DNA from: Candidatus Nanoarchaeia archaeon
GTDB taxonomy: Archaea > Nanobdellota > Nanobdellia > Woesearchaeales > UBA10216
Length of the DNA: 60,457 nt
Reading direction: 5' to 3'
Assembly (NCBI GenBank): GCA_028279045.1
Contig: JANQSZ010000027.1
Coordinates: 1-60,457, forward strand
Position 1 is the stretch's first letter. Each line of letters opens with the position of its first letter. Shown piece by piece: positions 1 to 8,608 of the stretch. The notes under the pieces were generated by a model. That model was not told the origin of the DNA, ran no database searches, and worked only from the letters and a program-made list of their open reading frames with translations. The translations under genes were made by a program, and so were the position numbers.

Positions 1-156
1 ATATTATTTTACCTTTATATTATTTATTTTCAATATTGAAAATAAGAAAGAAAGAAAAGAAAAACAAAACAACCATCATTCCATATGAAATCAAGGGGAT
101 GCACTCATTCCACTCGAAAATAAGGGTTAATTCATCACTCTTCGATAACAAAAAAG

Positions 157-164
157 TTTATATA
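157..164 (+). promoter_or_regulatory. Candidate archaeal TATA box (TTTATATA) with an A-rich BRE-like tract upstream, about 26 nt before the ATG at 190
   Basis: aaaaagTTTATATAcg read directly. The spacing to the start codon implies a leaderless or near-leaderless mRNA. Confidence 0.4.
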
Positions 165-189
165 CGCTGTTACGTCACCGTACACCACG

Positions 190-972
190 ATGTTAGTGAA
201 GACGCAATTGCTCAATGAACTCAAAGATTTGGGCATGAACCTTTATGAATCAAAGTTGTGGACTGCCTTGCTGTCCCGTGGCGTCGCTACTGCTGGCGAA
301 TTATCTGATATAGCAAATGTTCCTCGTTCTCGTACCTATGATGTTCTTGAATCACTAGAAAGAAAGGGTTTTATCATGACGAAGCTAGGAAAACCTATTC
401 GCTACATCGCACTTTCTCCAGAACAAGTTATTGATCGCGTTCACAAGAATATTGTTGAGGAAACCAAGCAGAAAGAAGAAAATATCAAGCGCTTGGAGGA
501 CAGCGACGTTCTAGGAGAACTCACAAAACTTCATACTCAAGGAATCACAAAAGTTGATTCATTTGATCTTTCTGGCACGTTGAAGGGCCGAAAAAACATC
601 TATAATCACCTTAATTATCTCATCAAGAACGCAAAGAAGACAATTGTTCTCGCTACTACTGAGGATGGCCTCAAGAGAAAGCACGAATCCTTCAGCACTG
701 CCTTGAAAGGCGCTGCTTCTCGTGGCGTTGACATTACAATCGCTGTTCCAAAGAACAAAAACACAAAGAAATACACTGATGAGCTTGCAAAAATTGCTAC
801 CATTAACCATTCTGACACCACAACGCGGTTGTGTGTTGTTGATAGCAAGGATGCAGTCCTCATGCTAACAAACGATACTGACGTAAACCCAATCTACGAT
901 AACGCAGTATGGATCAGCTCAGAATTCTTGGCAAACGCACTGAATATTTTCCTTTCCACATCTAAGGAATAA
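190..972 (+). CDS. TrmB-family winged-helix transcriptional regulator (paralogue 1)
   Basis: 260-aa ORF. The N-terminal wHTH LYESKLWTALLSRGVATAGELSDIANVPRSRTYDVLESLERKGF is typical of TrmB-type regulators. A close paralogue lies at 21143-21955. Confidence 0.85.
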   Translation: MLVKTQLLNELKDLGMNLYESKLWTALLSRGVATAGELSDIANVPRSRTYDVLESLERKGFIMTKLGKPIRYIALSPEQVIDRVHKNIVEETKQKEENIKRLEDSDVLGELTKLHTQGITKVDSFDLSGTLKGRKNIYNHLNYLIKNAKKTIVLATTEDGLKRKHESFSTALKGAASRGVDITIAVPKNKNTKKYTDELAKIATINHSDTTTRLCVVDSKDAVLMLTNDTDVNPIYDNAVWISSEFLANALNIFLSTSKE

Positions 973-1023
973 CCCAAACCTTTTTATATACCCAATCTCC
1001 TTATAAGCGCAAGAGGTGTATTA

Positions 1024-1257
1024 ATGGCAACAGACGTCGAAGTGGTTATTCTTTCCATCATTGTTGGTACGTTAGCAGCTATTGTGTATTCCCTCCGTAT
1101 TCTTGTATTAATGGAACGTCGCCTCGCGCGCATGGATGAGAACTTACTTGTTATCACCAGGCGTATTGCCGCAGAGGAAGTTCGCATTGAGCAAGAAGAG
1201 CGCAGAATTGAAGCAGCATTAAAGATCAAGAAGCCAGCAAAGCGCAAGAAAAAGTAA
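1024..1257 (+). CDS. Small single-pass membrane protein with a charged helical tail
   Basis: 77-aa ORF. A hydrophobic helix (VVILSIIVGTLAAIVYSLRILVL) is followed by an R/E-rich helix and a KKPAKRKKK tail. GAGGTG Shine-Dalgarno at 1013-1018 and TTTTTATATA at 981-990. Confidence 0.5.
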   Translation: MATDVEVVILSIIVGTLAAIVYSLRILVLMERRLARMDENLLVITRRIAAEEVRIEQEERRIEAALKIKKPAKRKKK

Positions 1258-1644
1258 TTATTCTATCAGTTCTTCAAACAGCACGCCTTTCAGCTTAGCC
1301 CGCGCTAATGATATCACATAACGCGAATCTGTCTGATCAAGGTCTTCTACAGAAACAAATAACCACGGTTGCCCGTTAAACCGCACGCCAACCCACGGTT
1401 CCGCAAGCAACGATCGCGCAAATTCTTTCAACTCACTTATTTGTTTAACATCAAGATATTGATTTGTGCTTTTGGTTGTTTTACATTCAACCACAATCCT
1501 TCGCGACCCTTTCGACGCAATGACATCCGGCGCAGGGTACTTCGTACTTCCTGATCCAGCAACGCGTACAGCACGCCAATCTTTCTCATTAAATAACCGC
1601 ACAAGCTCGCGCTCTGCGTTCAACCCCTTTGCTTTCAACTTCAT
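1258..1644 (-). CDS. hjc: Holliday junction resolvase Hjc
   Basis: 128 aa. KGLNAERELVRLF, VAGSGS, PDVIA and VVECKTTK give the PD-(D/E)xK pattern of archaeal Hjc. Confidence 0.85.
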   Translation of the reverse strand: MKLKAKGLNAERELVRLFNEKDWRAVRVAGSGSTKYPAPDVIASKGSRRIVVECKTTKSTNQYLDVKQISELKEFARSLLAEPWVGVRFNGQPWLFVSVEDLDQTDSRYVISLARAKLKGVLFEELIE

Positions 1645-1698
1645 ACAATTTCCATAGATTGGTGTTTTATATGTTTTCTCTTCTCAGAACCAAAAACC

Positions 1699-1706
1699 TT
1701 TAAATA
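1699..1706 (+). promoter_or_regulatory. Candidate TATA box (TTTAAATA) for the histone gene
   Basis: It ends 24 nt before the ATG at 1730 and there is no SD, which is consistent with a leaderless transcript. Confidence 0.4.
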
Positions 1707-1729
1707 CACCACACTCAACGTAATCCAAT

Positions 1730-1942
1730 ATGCCGACGAAAAAACTCTTGCCTTTGGCAGCAATGGAGAAGCTGATGAAAGAAGCAGGTGGTGACATCCG
1801 TGTTTCTGACAAAGCAAAGATTGCTCTCAAGAATGTTCTGGAAGAAGAAGCAGAACGCATTGCAGAAAACGCCGTTAAACTTGCAAATCACGCAGGAAGA
1901 AAAACAATAAAGGCAGAAGACATTAAACTCGCTTCTAAATAA
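1730..1942 (+). CDS. Archaeal histone (HMf-type histone fold)
   Basis: 70 aa. LPLAAMEKLMKEAG...RVSDKAKIALKNVLEEEAERIAENAVKLANHAGRKTIKAEDIKLA matches the archaeal histone fold in length and sequence pattern. Confidence 0.9.
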   Translation: MPTKKLLPLAAMEKLMKEAGGDIRVSDKAKIALKNVLEEEAERIAENAVKLANHAGRKTIKAEDIKLASK

Positions 1943-2825
1943 GTTCGGTCATAAAATCTTCAGCACACGTTACATTATCAAAAACAGTGCGAGCATCTTC
2001 TTCAATTTGCTGTGTATTTTTGTATCGCTGAGAGAAATGTGTCAAGATTAATTTCTTCACGCCCGCTTTATTCGCAATCAATCCTGCTTGCGAAGCAGTC
2101 ATATGTTTATACAAATTAGCTTTTTCTTCCAAATCATCAGCATATGTTGATTCACTAATCAAAACATCTGCATCTTCTGCAAGTTTGAAACAATTTTCAG
2201 TGAGTGCAGTATCAGGAATGAATGTAATCTTTTTCCCAGGTTCTTTGTATGTAACATCTCCCGGCTTAATCACTTTTCCGCCGACAGTAATACTCTTTCC
2301 ATCCTGCAAATCTCCAATTTCTGGCCCTTCCTTAAGTCCCAGCGCCTTCATTTTGTTTGGATTAACACGAATCTTTTCATGCTCAATCAAAGAATATCCA
2401 TTACTCAGCGTTGTATGATCTAAAGGCAATGTTTCCAAGTTAAACAACTTAGATTCAAAGAACACACCAGAATCTACTTCGTGAACTTCCAGCGCTACAG
2501 AATCTTCCATCTTGAATGCAGCCTGCATGTGTGCAAAATGTTTCTTTGTTCCGATAGGCCCATAAATTTGTACTGTTCCTTCGTAATCCATCGAACCCAT
2601 TGTCATTAACAACCCAGGCAAACCCAAAACATGATCCCCGTGCCAGTGCGAAATAAGAATTCTTGTTATCTTTGATGCAGGAATTCCAGCAAGTCTGAGC
2701 TGTCGCTGTGTACCTTCTCCACAATCCATCAGTATTCCTTCTTTGCCAAATCGCAAGAATGCTGCGCTGTGGTTCCGTTCCTTTGTCGGCACCATACTTC
2801 CAGTACCCAAAAACGTGAGTTCCAT
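1935..2825 (-). CDS. rnz: Ribonuclease Z (tRNA 3-prime endonuclease, metallo-beta-lactamase fold)
   Basis: 296 aa. MELTFLGTGS start, HxHxDH motif ISHWHGDHVLGLPGLL, and C-terminal LTHFSQRY. Confidence 0.9.
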   Translation of the reverse strand: MELTFLGTGSMVPTKERNHSAAFLRFGKEGILMDCGEGTQRQLRLAGIPASKITRILISHWHGDHVLGLPGLLMTMGSMDYEGTVQIYGPIGTKKHFAHMQAAFKMEDSVALEVHEVDSGVFFESKLFNLETLPLDHTTLSNGYSLIEHEKIRVNPNKMKALGLKEGPEIGDLQDGKSITVGGKVIKPGDVTYKEPGKKITFIPDTALTENCFKLAEDADVLISESTYADDLEEKANLYKHMTASQAGLIANKAGVKKLILTHFSQRYKNTQQIEEDARTVFDNVTCAEDFMTELI

Positions 2826-2934
2826 GATCCAAGTCCACGCCGCGAGTTATATAAAGCTTTACTCTTTTATTTTCAATATAGAAAATAATTACCAAAACCA
2901 AACCCTTATAACCCCTATTCCATCCCCCAAAACC

Positions 2935-3456
2935 ATGATTACTGCGCAGCTCATCGATAAAAATATTATTACTGAAAACACCGATGCAGCTCGTGCTCTC
3001 TATGATCAAGCACGTCTTGGTACTAAACTCCGCAACGGCAGAATTCAATTATCATTAACAGAAGCAATTTATCTTGTTGAAGACAAGAAGCTTAATGTTG
3101 TAGATGCCCGAAATAGGACAATTAGCGACGATCTTTTGATTCGCAAAGCAACAAAACAAGAAACAGATTTTCTTACGCGCTACGCTGTTTTCGCTGATTT
3201 ACGTGACCGAGGATACATTGTTAAGACCGCGCTAAAGTTTGGAGCAGATTTCCGTGTCTACGATCGCGGTATTAAACCTGGTCAGGATCACGCAAAGTGG
3301 GTTGTCTTCCCTGTAAAAGAAACCGACAAAACAAAATGGTCTGATTTCTCTGGGAAAAACAGAATCGCACATTCTACAAAGAAAAATCTCCTTATCGGCG
3401 TTGTGGATGAGGAAAACGCTGTCAGCTATTGGGAAGTCTCCTGGGTAAAGCCATAG
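2935..3456 (+). CDS. endA: tRNA-splicing endonuclease, short homotetramer-type subunit
   Basis: I trimmed the ORF 2743-3456 to the ATG at 2935, because the upstream part overlaps rnz and looks non-coding. RYAVFADLRDRGYIVKTALKFGADFRVYDRG...HAKWVVFPV is the EndA catalytic-domain pattern. Confidence 0.85.
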   Translation: MITAQLIDKNIITENTDAARALYDQARLGTKLRNGRIQLSLTEAIYLVEDKKLNVVDARNRTISDDLLIRKATKQETDFLTRYAVFADLRDRGYIVKTALKFGADFRVYDRGIKPGQDHAKWVVFPVKETDKTKWSDFSGKNRIAHSTKKNLLIGVVDEENAVSYWEVSWVKP

Positions 3457-3493
3457 CACAAAACTCTTAAACATTCTTCCTCTCATATACCTT

Positions 3494-4381
3494 ATGGATG
3501 TCCGAGAGCAAGTGCTAGCGTTAGTAAAGGAAAAAGGACCAATTATTCCAAACGATGTATATCAATCAATAGGAAAAGACCTCCTCACCACGTCTGCTGT
3601 TCTTTCAGAGCTCTCCTCTAACAAGCAAGTGCGCATTTCTAACGTAAAAAAAGGCGGCTCTCCGCTCTATTTCATAACCGGACAAGAGGACAAACTTCAA
3701 GATTTCGCTTCCCTTCTCCAAGAAAAGGATCGCATAGCATTTGATATGCTGAAAGAAAACAAAGTTCTCCGCGATAAAACACAAACACCAGTCATCCGCG
3801 TCGCACTACGCCAAATCAAAGACTTTGCCATTCCTGTTAATGTTCAGAACGGTCCAGAAGTAGAACTTTTCTGGAAGTGGTATCTCGAATCAAACGAATC
3901 TGTCGAGCCAGTAATTAGGAAAGCACTCGGCATCCTCGAGGAACCAGAGCAAATTCCAGAACCAATACAAGAAAAAACCCCAGAACCAATTCCCAAAAAG
4001 ATAGAACCAAAACCAGTACAAAAAGAACCAGAGCAACAAACATTAACCCAGCCAAAAAAGAAAACAGTGTCGCAAACAGAATTCCTCTCTACAGTATTAG
4101 ATTTCTTCAACGAAAACGACATTAAAGTGCACGATCAAGAAATCATCAAGAAGAACGAAATCGATTTCGTTATCGAACTCCCAAGCCAACTCGGCAATAT
4201 CAAGTTCTACTGCAAAGCCAAAAGCAAGAAACGATCTGGCGATGCAGATCTGAGCTCGGCATTCATGCAAGGTCAGTTCAAGAAACTCCCTGTTCTCTAC
4301 TTGTCTGACGGCGAGTTAACCAAAAAAGCTAAAGAGATGCTCGATTCTCAGTTTGCAGGTATTACTGTGAGGCGCATGTAA
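3494..4381 (+). CDS. Hypothetical protein with tandem winged-helix N-terminus, a P/E-rich linker and a restriction-endonuclease-like (Mrr-cat-like) C-terminal domain
   Basis: 295 aa. The wHTH-like segment is VLALVKEKGPIIPNDVYQSIGKDLLTTSAVLSELSSNKQVRISNVKKGGSPLYF. The linker is EPEQIPEPIQEKTPEPIPKKIEPKPVQKEPEQQ. The C-terminus EIDFVIEL...NIKFYCKAKSKK...PVLYLSDGELTKKAKE resembles the Mrr catalytic-domain layout. The stop overlaps the fen1 start (TAATG). Confidence 0.6.
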   Translation: MDVREQVLALVKEKGPIIPNDVYQSIGKDLLTTSAVLSELSSNKQVRISNVKKGGSPLYFITGQEDKLQDFASLLQEKDRIAFDMLKENKVLRDKTQTPVIRVALRQIKDFAIPVNVQNGPEVELFWKWYLESNESVEPVIRKALGILEEPEQIPEPIQEKTPEPIPKKIEPKPVQKEPEQQTLTQPKKKTVSQTEFLSTVLDFFNENDIKVHDQEIIKKNEIDFVIELPSQLGNIKFYCKAKSKKRSGDADLSSAFMQGQFKKLPVLYLSDGELTKKAKEMLDSQFAGITVRRM

Positions 4382-5409
4382 TGGGAGTAAAAATAGCTGA
4401 TTTGTTTCAACCAAAAGAAATTGATTTTCCGAGTTTGACAGGCAAAGTAATCGCTGTTGATGCCTCAAACCATCTCTATCAGTTTCTCACCACAATTCGT
4501 GGCCCAACAGGTGAACTCCTAACAGATAATGACGGCAATGTTACCAGCCATCTGATAGGATTGTTGGCAAGAACATCCAACATGCTCAAGCACAACATGA
4601 AAATTGTTTACGTGTTTGATGGCAAGCCACCAGAACTCAAACGCGCAGAAACTCGCCGCCGTTCTGAAGCAAAGAAAGAAGCATCTGCTCAATACGAAGC
4701 AGCAAAAGCAGAAGAAGACGTAGAAGAAATGCGCAAATACGCTTCCCGAACAACACGATTAACAAAAGAAATGGTTGAAGAAGCAAAAACACTTCTCCAC
4801 GCACTCGGCATTCCTATTTTGGAAGCACCGTCAGAAGCAGAAGCCCAAGCAGCATTTCTTTGTAAGCAAAAAGATGCGCACGCCGTCGCTTCACAAGACG
4901 CAGACGCCTTGTTATTCGGCAGCCCACGTTTAATCCGTAATCTTTCTGTTTCCGGTAAAAAGAAAAAAACCAACACGTTAACATATCAATCCAATAAACC
5001 AGAACTCATCCTTCTTGATGATCTACTCAACTCACTCAATCTAAACCAAGAACAACTCATTTCCCTATCCATGCTCGTCGGTACTGATTACAACATGGGA
5101 GGCATCAAAGGATTAGGCCCACAAAAAGCACTCAAGCTTGTAAAAGAACACAAAACACCAGATGCAATATTCTCCGCAGCAAAATGGGACGAACATTTTG
5201 AAGTTTCTTGGCAAGAAGTGCAAGACCTTTTCACAAATCCCCAAATCACCAAAGACTACTCTCTTGACTGGCACAAGCCAGATCCTGACAAAATCAAAAA
5301 CTTTCTGTGCGGAGAGCGTGGATTCTCAGAACAACGTGTTGATTCCGCAATTACCACAATGTTCGGCACCAAAGAAGAACAATCTCAAACAAGTTTGGGT
5401 GATTTCTAA
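4381..5409 (+). CDS. fen: Flap endonuclease 1
   Basis: 342 aa. MGVKIADL start, VFDGKPPELK, SQDADALLFG, and the H3TH motif LVGTDYNMGGIKGLGPKA-like. Confidence 0.95.
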   Translation: MGVKIADLFQPKEIDFPSLTGKVIAVDASNHLYQFLTTIRGPTGELLTDNDGNVTSHLIGLLARTSNMLKHNMKIVYVFDGKPPELKRAETRRRSEAKKEASAQYEAAKAEEDVEEMRKYASRTTRLTKEMVEEAKTLLHALGIPILEAPSEAEAQAAFLCKQKDAHAVASQDADALLFGSPRLIRNLSVSGKKKKTNTLTYQSNKPELILLDDLLNSLNLNQEQLISLSMLVGTDYNMGGIKGLGPQKALKLVKEHKTPDAIFSAAKWDEHFEVSWQEVQDLFTNPQITKDYSLDWHKPDPDKIKNFLCGERGFSEQRVDSAITTMFGTKEEQSQTSLGDF

Positions 5410-6230
5410 TGTCGCTCAAGGAACTTCTCAAGGGAAAACTTACAAAAACCGAATTAGAACACCTCCGTCGAGCATACGATACTATAGGTACCATTGCAGT
5501 GATAGAGATACCACCAGAACTCGTTAAAAAACAAAAAATCATTGCAAACACAATCATCGACAACAACAAACACATCGAGTCTGTTTACAAAAAAACCGGA
5601 AAGCGCACGCAAATTTGCCGCATCCCACGCCTGATCCACATCGCTGGCAAGAAAAACACCGAAACGATTTGTATCGAGAACGGTATCCGTCTCAAAACAG
5701 ACATTGCAAAAGCATATTTCTCTCATCGTATGGCTACCGAACGAAAAAGACTATTCCAACAAGTAAAAAAGAATGAACGCGTTCTTGTAATGTTCTCCGG
5801 CGTCGGCCCGTACACGTTATCCATAGCCAAAAATACCAGTGCAAAAGAAATTATCGGCGTTGAAAAGAATCCAACTGCAGTCAAACTCGCAGAATACAAC
5901 AAAAAGCTCAACAAAGTCTCTAACGTTATCAATTACAAAGGCGACGCGAAGAAACTCGTTCCCGAACTCGGCAAATTTGACAGGATTATCATGCCACTCC
6001 CGAAAGGAGCAGAACCGTTTCTAGAAACAGCACTCAAAGCAACAAAGAAAGGAACCACAATCCACTTCTACGACTTCCTACACGAAAACGACATCCCAAA
6101 AGTCGGTGTTGAGAAAGTAAAAACAGCCTGTACAGCAGCAAAGAAGAAATGCCGTATCCTAAAAACAGTCAAATGCGGTCAGTTAGGCCCTAGACAGTAC
6201 CGTGTTAGTGTAGATTTCCGAATTCTTTAA
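5409..6230 (+). CDS. trm5: tRNA (guanine37-N1)-methyltransferase, Trm5/Taw22 (Met-10+) family
   Basis: 273 aa. AYDTIGTIAVIEIP, SAM motif VLVMFSGVGPYTLSIAK, and RIIMPLPKGA. Confidence 0.8.
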   Translation: MSLKELLKGKLTKTELEHLRRAYDTIGTIAVIEIPPELVKKQKIIANTIIDNNKHIESVYKKTGKRTQICRIPRLIHIAGKKNTETICIENGIRLKTDIAKAYFSHRMATERKRLFQQVKKNERVLVMFSGVGPYTLSIAKNTSAKEIIGVEKNPTAVKLAEYNKKLNKVSNVINYKGDAKKLVPELGKFDRIIMPLPKGAEPFLETALKATKKGTTIHFYDFLHENDIPKVGVEKVKTACTAAKKKCRILKTVKCGQLGPRQYRVSVDFRIL

Positions 6231-6328
6231 ATAAACAAGCACATCTTTTAAACCTGCGTGCGATGAGGACGTGAACACCCATCTAGCTTCGTGCAATGAT
6301 GATCAGGTAGTAACTGCCGAGCACGTGT

Positions 6329-7504
6329 TTATCCAAACATCTCAAGATATTGGCTATCTTGATTCATGCCTTTCTCTCGTACTTTCTTGGCAGCATCTAA
6401 GAAGTCTTTTGTCCATATTTCCTTCCTGCCATCTCTAATTGCAAAGTATCCCGCTTCAGTGCAGACTGATTTGATGTCTGCACCTGACATTTCTTCCAAC
6501 GAGGTCAGTATTGTTTCTGTATTCACTCCCTTGATATTCATCTTTTTACAATGAATGTTGAATATTTCTCTTCGCTCATCCATATCTGGTAACGGCATGC
6601 TAATCTTTCGTTCTAACCGCCCAGGTCGAATAATTGCAGGATCTAGAATCTCAATCCGATTCGTACATCCAATAATCTTAACATTTCCTAAATTCTTGAA
6701 CCCGTCAATCTCAGCAAGTAGTTGCATGAATGTTCTCTGCACTTCTCTCTCGCCAGAAGTTCCAATCTCAACTCTCTTGCTCGCAAGAGCATCAATTTCA
6801 TCAATAAACACAATGCTCGGTGCTTTTTCCCGTGCAAGCTGAAATATTTCCTTCACTAACTTCGCTCCTTCACCAATAAATTTCTGCACAAGTTCAGAAG
6901 CAACTATTTCGATAAAAGTAGCATTAGTTTCCGTTGCAATCGCCTTAGCCAATAACGTTTTTCCAGTTCCTGGCTCGCCATGCAACAACACTCCTTTCGG
7001 CGGGGTTATTCCAATTTGTTCGAACACTTCAGGTTGCTTCAAAGGCAACTCAACAACTTCCCGCAATTCCTCAATTTGATCTTTCAATCCGCCAATTTCC
7101 GCCCAGGAAACTTTTGGTTTCTCAATAATCACAAATTTCTCGACGTTGAATTTCTTGTTGAAGTTTGCTTTCTTAACAATAGTCAAATTCTTCTGTTCAA
7201 CATATACGCTTTCGCCAGCACTTAATTCTTCACAATCGCCGGCAATATCAACCAAGAATTGATTTCCATTTGGAATTTTGATAACAGCATGCTCACCAAC
7301 AAGTTCACGAACTTCACACACCATTAATGGAGCTCTCCGGTATCGTTCAAGTTCGTTGCGTAGTTGGTTTACCGTTGACCGTAGAACTTCGTTTTCTTCT
7401 TCTAATTGAAGAATATCAGCATTGTAATCATATGCATTACTTACCTTTTCGCCCGCTTTTATGGTAACCACTCCGCCTCGTTTCCTTTTTCGTAAAAAAT
7501 GCAC
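6329..7504 (-). CDS. pan: Proteasome-activating nucleotidase (AAA+ ATPase)
   Basis: 391 aa. N-terminal coiled coil (LQLEEENEVLRSTVNQLRNELERY), OB segment, Walker A GEPGTGKT and Walker B IVFIDEID. Confidence 0.9.
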   Translation of the reverse strand: MHFLRKRKRGGVVTIKAGEKVSNAYDYNADILQLEEENEVLRSTVNQLRNELERYRRAPLMVCEVRELVGEHAVIKIPNGNQFLVDIAGDCEELSAGESVYVEQKNLTIVKKANFNKKFNVEKFVIIEKPKVSWAEIGGLKDQIEELREVVELPLKQPEVFEQIGITPPKGVLLHGEPGTGKTLLAKAIATETNATFIEIVASELVQKFIGEGAKLVKEIFQLAREKAPSIVFIDEIDALASKRVEIGTSGEREVQRTFMQLLAEIDGFKNLGNVKIIGCTNRIEILDPAIIRPGRLERKISMPLPDMDERREIFNIHCKKMNIKGVNTETILTSLEEMSGADIKSVCTEAGYFAIRDGRKEIWTKDFLDAAKKVREKGMNQDSQYLEMFG

Positions 7505-7579
7505 TTGAAGCAGGGTTGTAAGACATCTAACCCCTTTTTAATGCTGGCAAGTCAACCTTGTTTATTAAGATTTCTTTTT

Positions 7580-8608
7580 TTAACGAACAATTACTAAGTT
7601 TTTTGTAGCTTTTGACAAAACTTTTGCAGGTCCGTCTTGTACAACAACGTCATCTTCAATCCGTATCCCATATTTCCCTCGGAAATACAGTCCTGGTTCA
7701 ACAGTAACAACCATATTTTTCTCTAAAGTTCCTTTACTGTTGCGTGACAAAGAAATATCACTGCCTTCATGGACATCAACACCAACTTGATGTCCTAATC
7801 CATGAATAAAATATTTATTCAATTTCCCTAAATCATATCGCACTGCAGCGTCGACACTCGCCGCTTCTACACCAGCTCGTACTGCATCAATTCCAATCTG
7901 CTGCGCTCTTCTCACTGCATCATACATTTCTTTTTCCTTTTTTGACGGCTTCCCAAGATAAATCGTCCGTGTCACATCAGAACAATATCCTTTGTAGAAC
8001 ACTCCATAATCAATCACACAAAATCCTTTCCGTAATTTCTCATTTCCTTGATAGTGCGGCAACGCTCCGTTCTTTCCAGATCCAACAATCGTTGGAAATG
8101 ATGTCCCGCCTGTTTCCCTTGCCAAATTTTCCATGAAAATCTTAGCATCTTGCTCTCTCTTGAAAGTCTTAAATCGCCGAAACGTCTTTTCAAAGATTTC
8201 ATCAGTTAATTTGCATGCTTCCTGGATGATCCGCAGCTCTTTTGCAGTTTTAACCCGGCGCAGTTCCAACATAATCTTCGAAATATCTTTCCGTTTGATT
8301 CCTTTCACCGGTTTCCATTTAGAATTCGCTATCGTGAAGTATTCATTCACAATACCAAGCGTCTTCACCCCGCGAAACATCCCTTCTTTCGGCTCTTTAA
8401 CAGCAATTGAAGTCATTTTCCTGAATCGTGGTGCTTCAAATCCAGGAATGTAGATAACAGGGCCCCTCCGAGCATGCACAATCAGCCAGCCATACTCAGG
8501 ATTCTCGTTAACTTCGGCAAGATAGCGAAAGTGCGGGTCATTTCCCATAAAAACAGCAGCATCGATCTTCTCAGCACGTAATCGTTTCTGCAATTCTGGT
8601 ATTTTCAT
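7580..8608 (-). CDS. M24-family Xaa-Pro aminopeptidase/dipeptidase
   Basis: 342 aa. Metal-ligand motifs VIDYGVFYKGYCSDVTRT, HGLGHQVGVDVHE, TVEPGLY and IRIEDDV. Confidence 0.85.
   Translation of the reverse strand: MKIPELQKRLRAEKIDAAVFMGNDPHFRYLAEVNENPEYGWLIVHARRGPVIYIPGFEAPRFRKMTSIAVKEPKEGMFRGVKTLGIVNEYFTIANSKWKPVKGIKRKDISKIMLELRRVKTAKELRIIQEACKLTDEIFEKTFRRFKTFKREQDAKIFMENLARETGGTSFPTIVGSGKNGALPHYQGNEKLRKGFCVIDYGVFYKGYCSDVTRTIYLGKPSKKEKEMYDAVRRAQQIGIDAVRAGVEAASVDAAVRYDLGKLNKYFIHGLGHQVGVDVHEGSDISLSRNSKGTLEKNMVVTVEPGLYFRGKYGIRIEDDVVVQDGPAKVLSKATKNLVIVR

Noticed and set aside
36-218. 60-aa ORF at the window start (MKIRKKEKKNK...)
   Set aside because: It lies in AT-rich promoter DNA, runs through the TATA box and start codon of trmB1, and is Lys-rich only because of the poly-A tracts.
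2455-3048. 197-aa minus-strand ORF spanning the rnz 5-prime region and the endA start
   Set aside because: It is out of frame inside rnz, has no motifs, and crosses the rnz/endA divergent promoter. The N-terminal 64 codons of ORF 2743-3456 were trimmed for the same reason.
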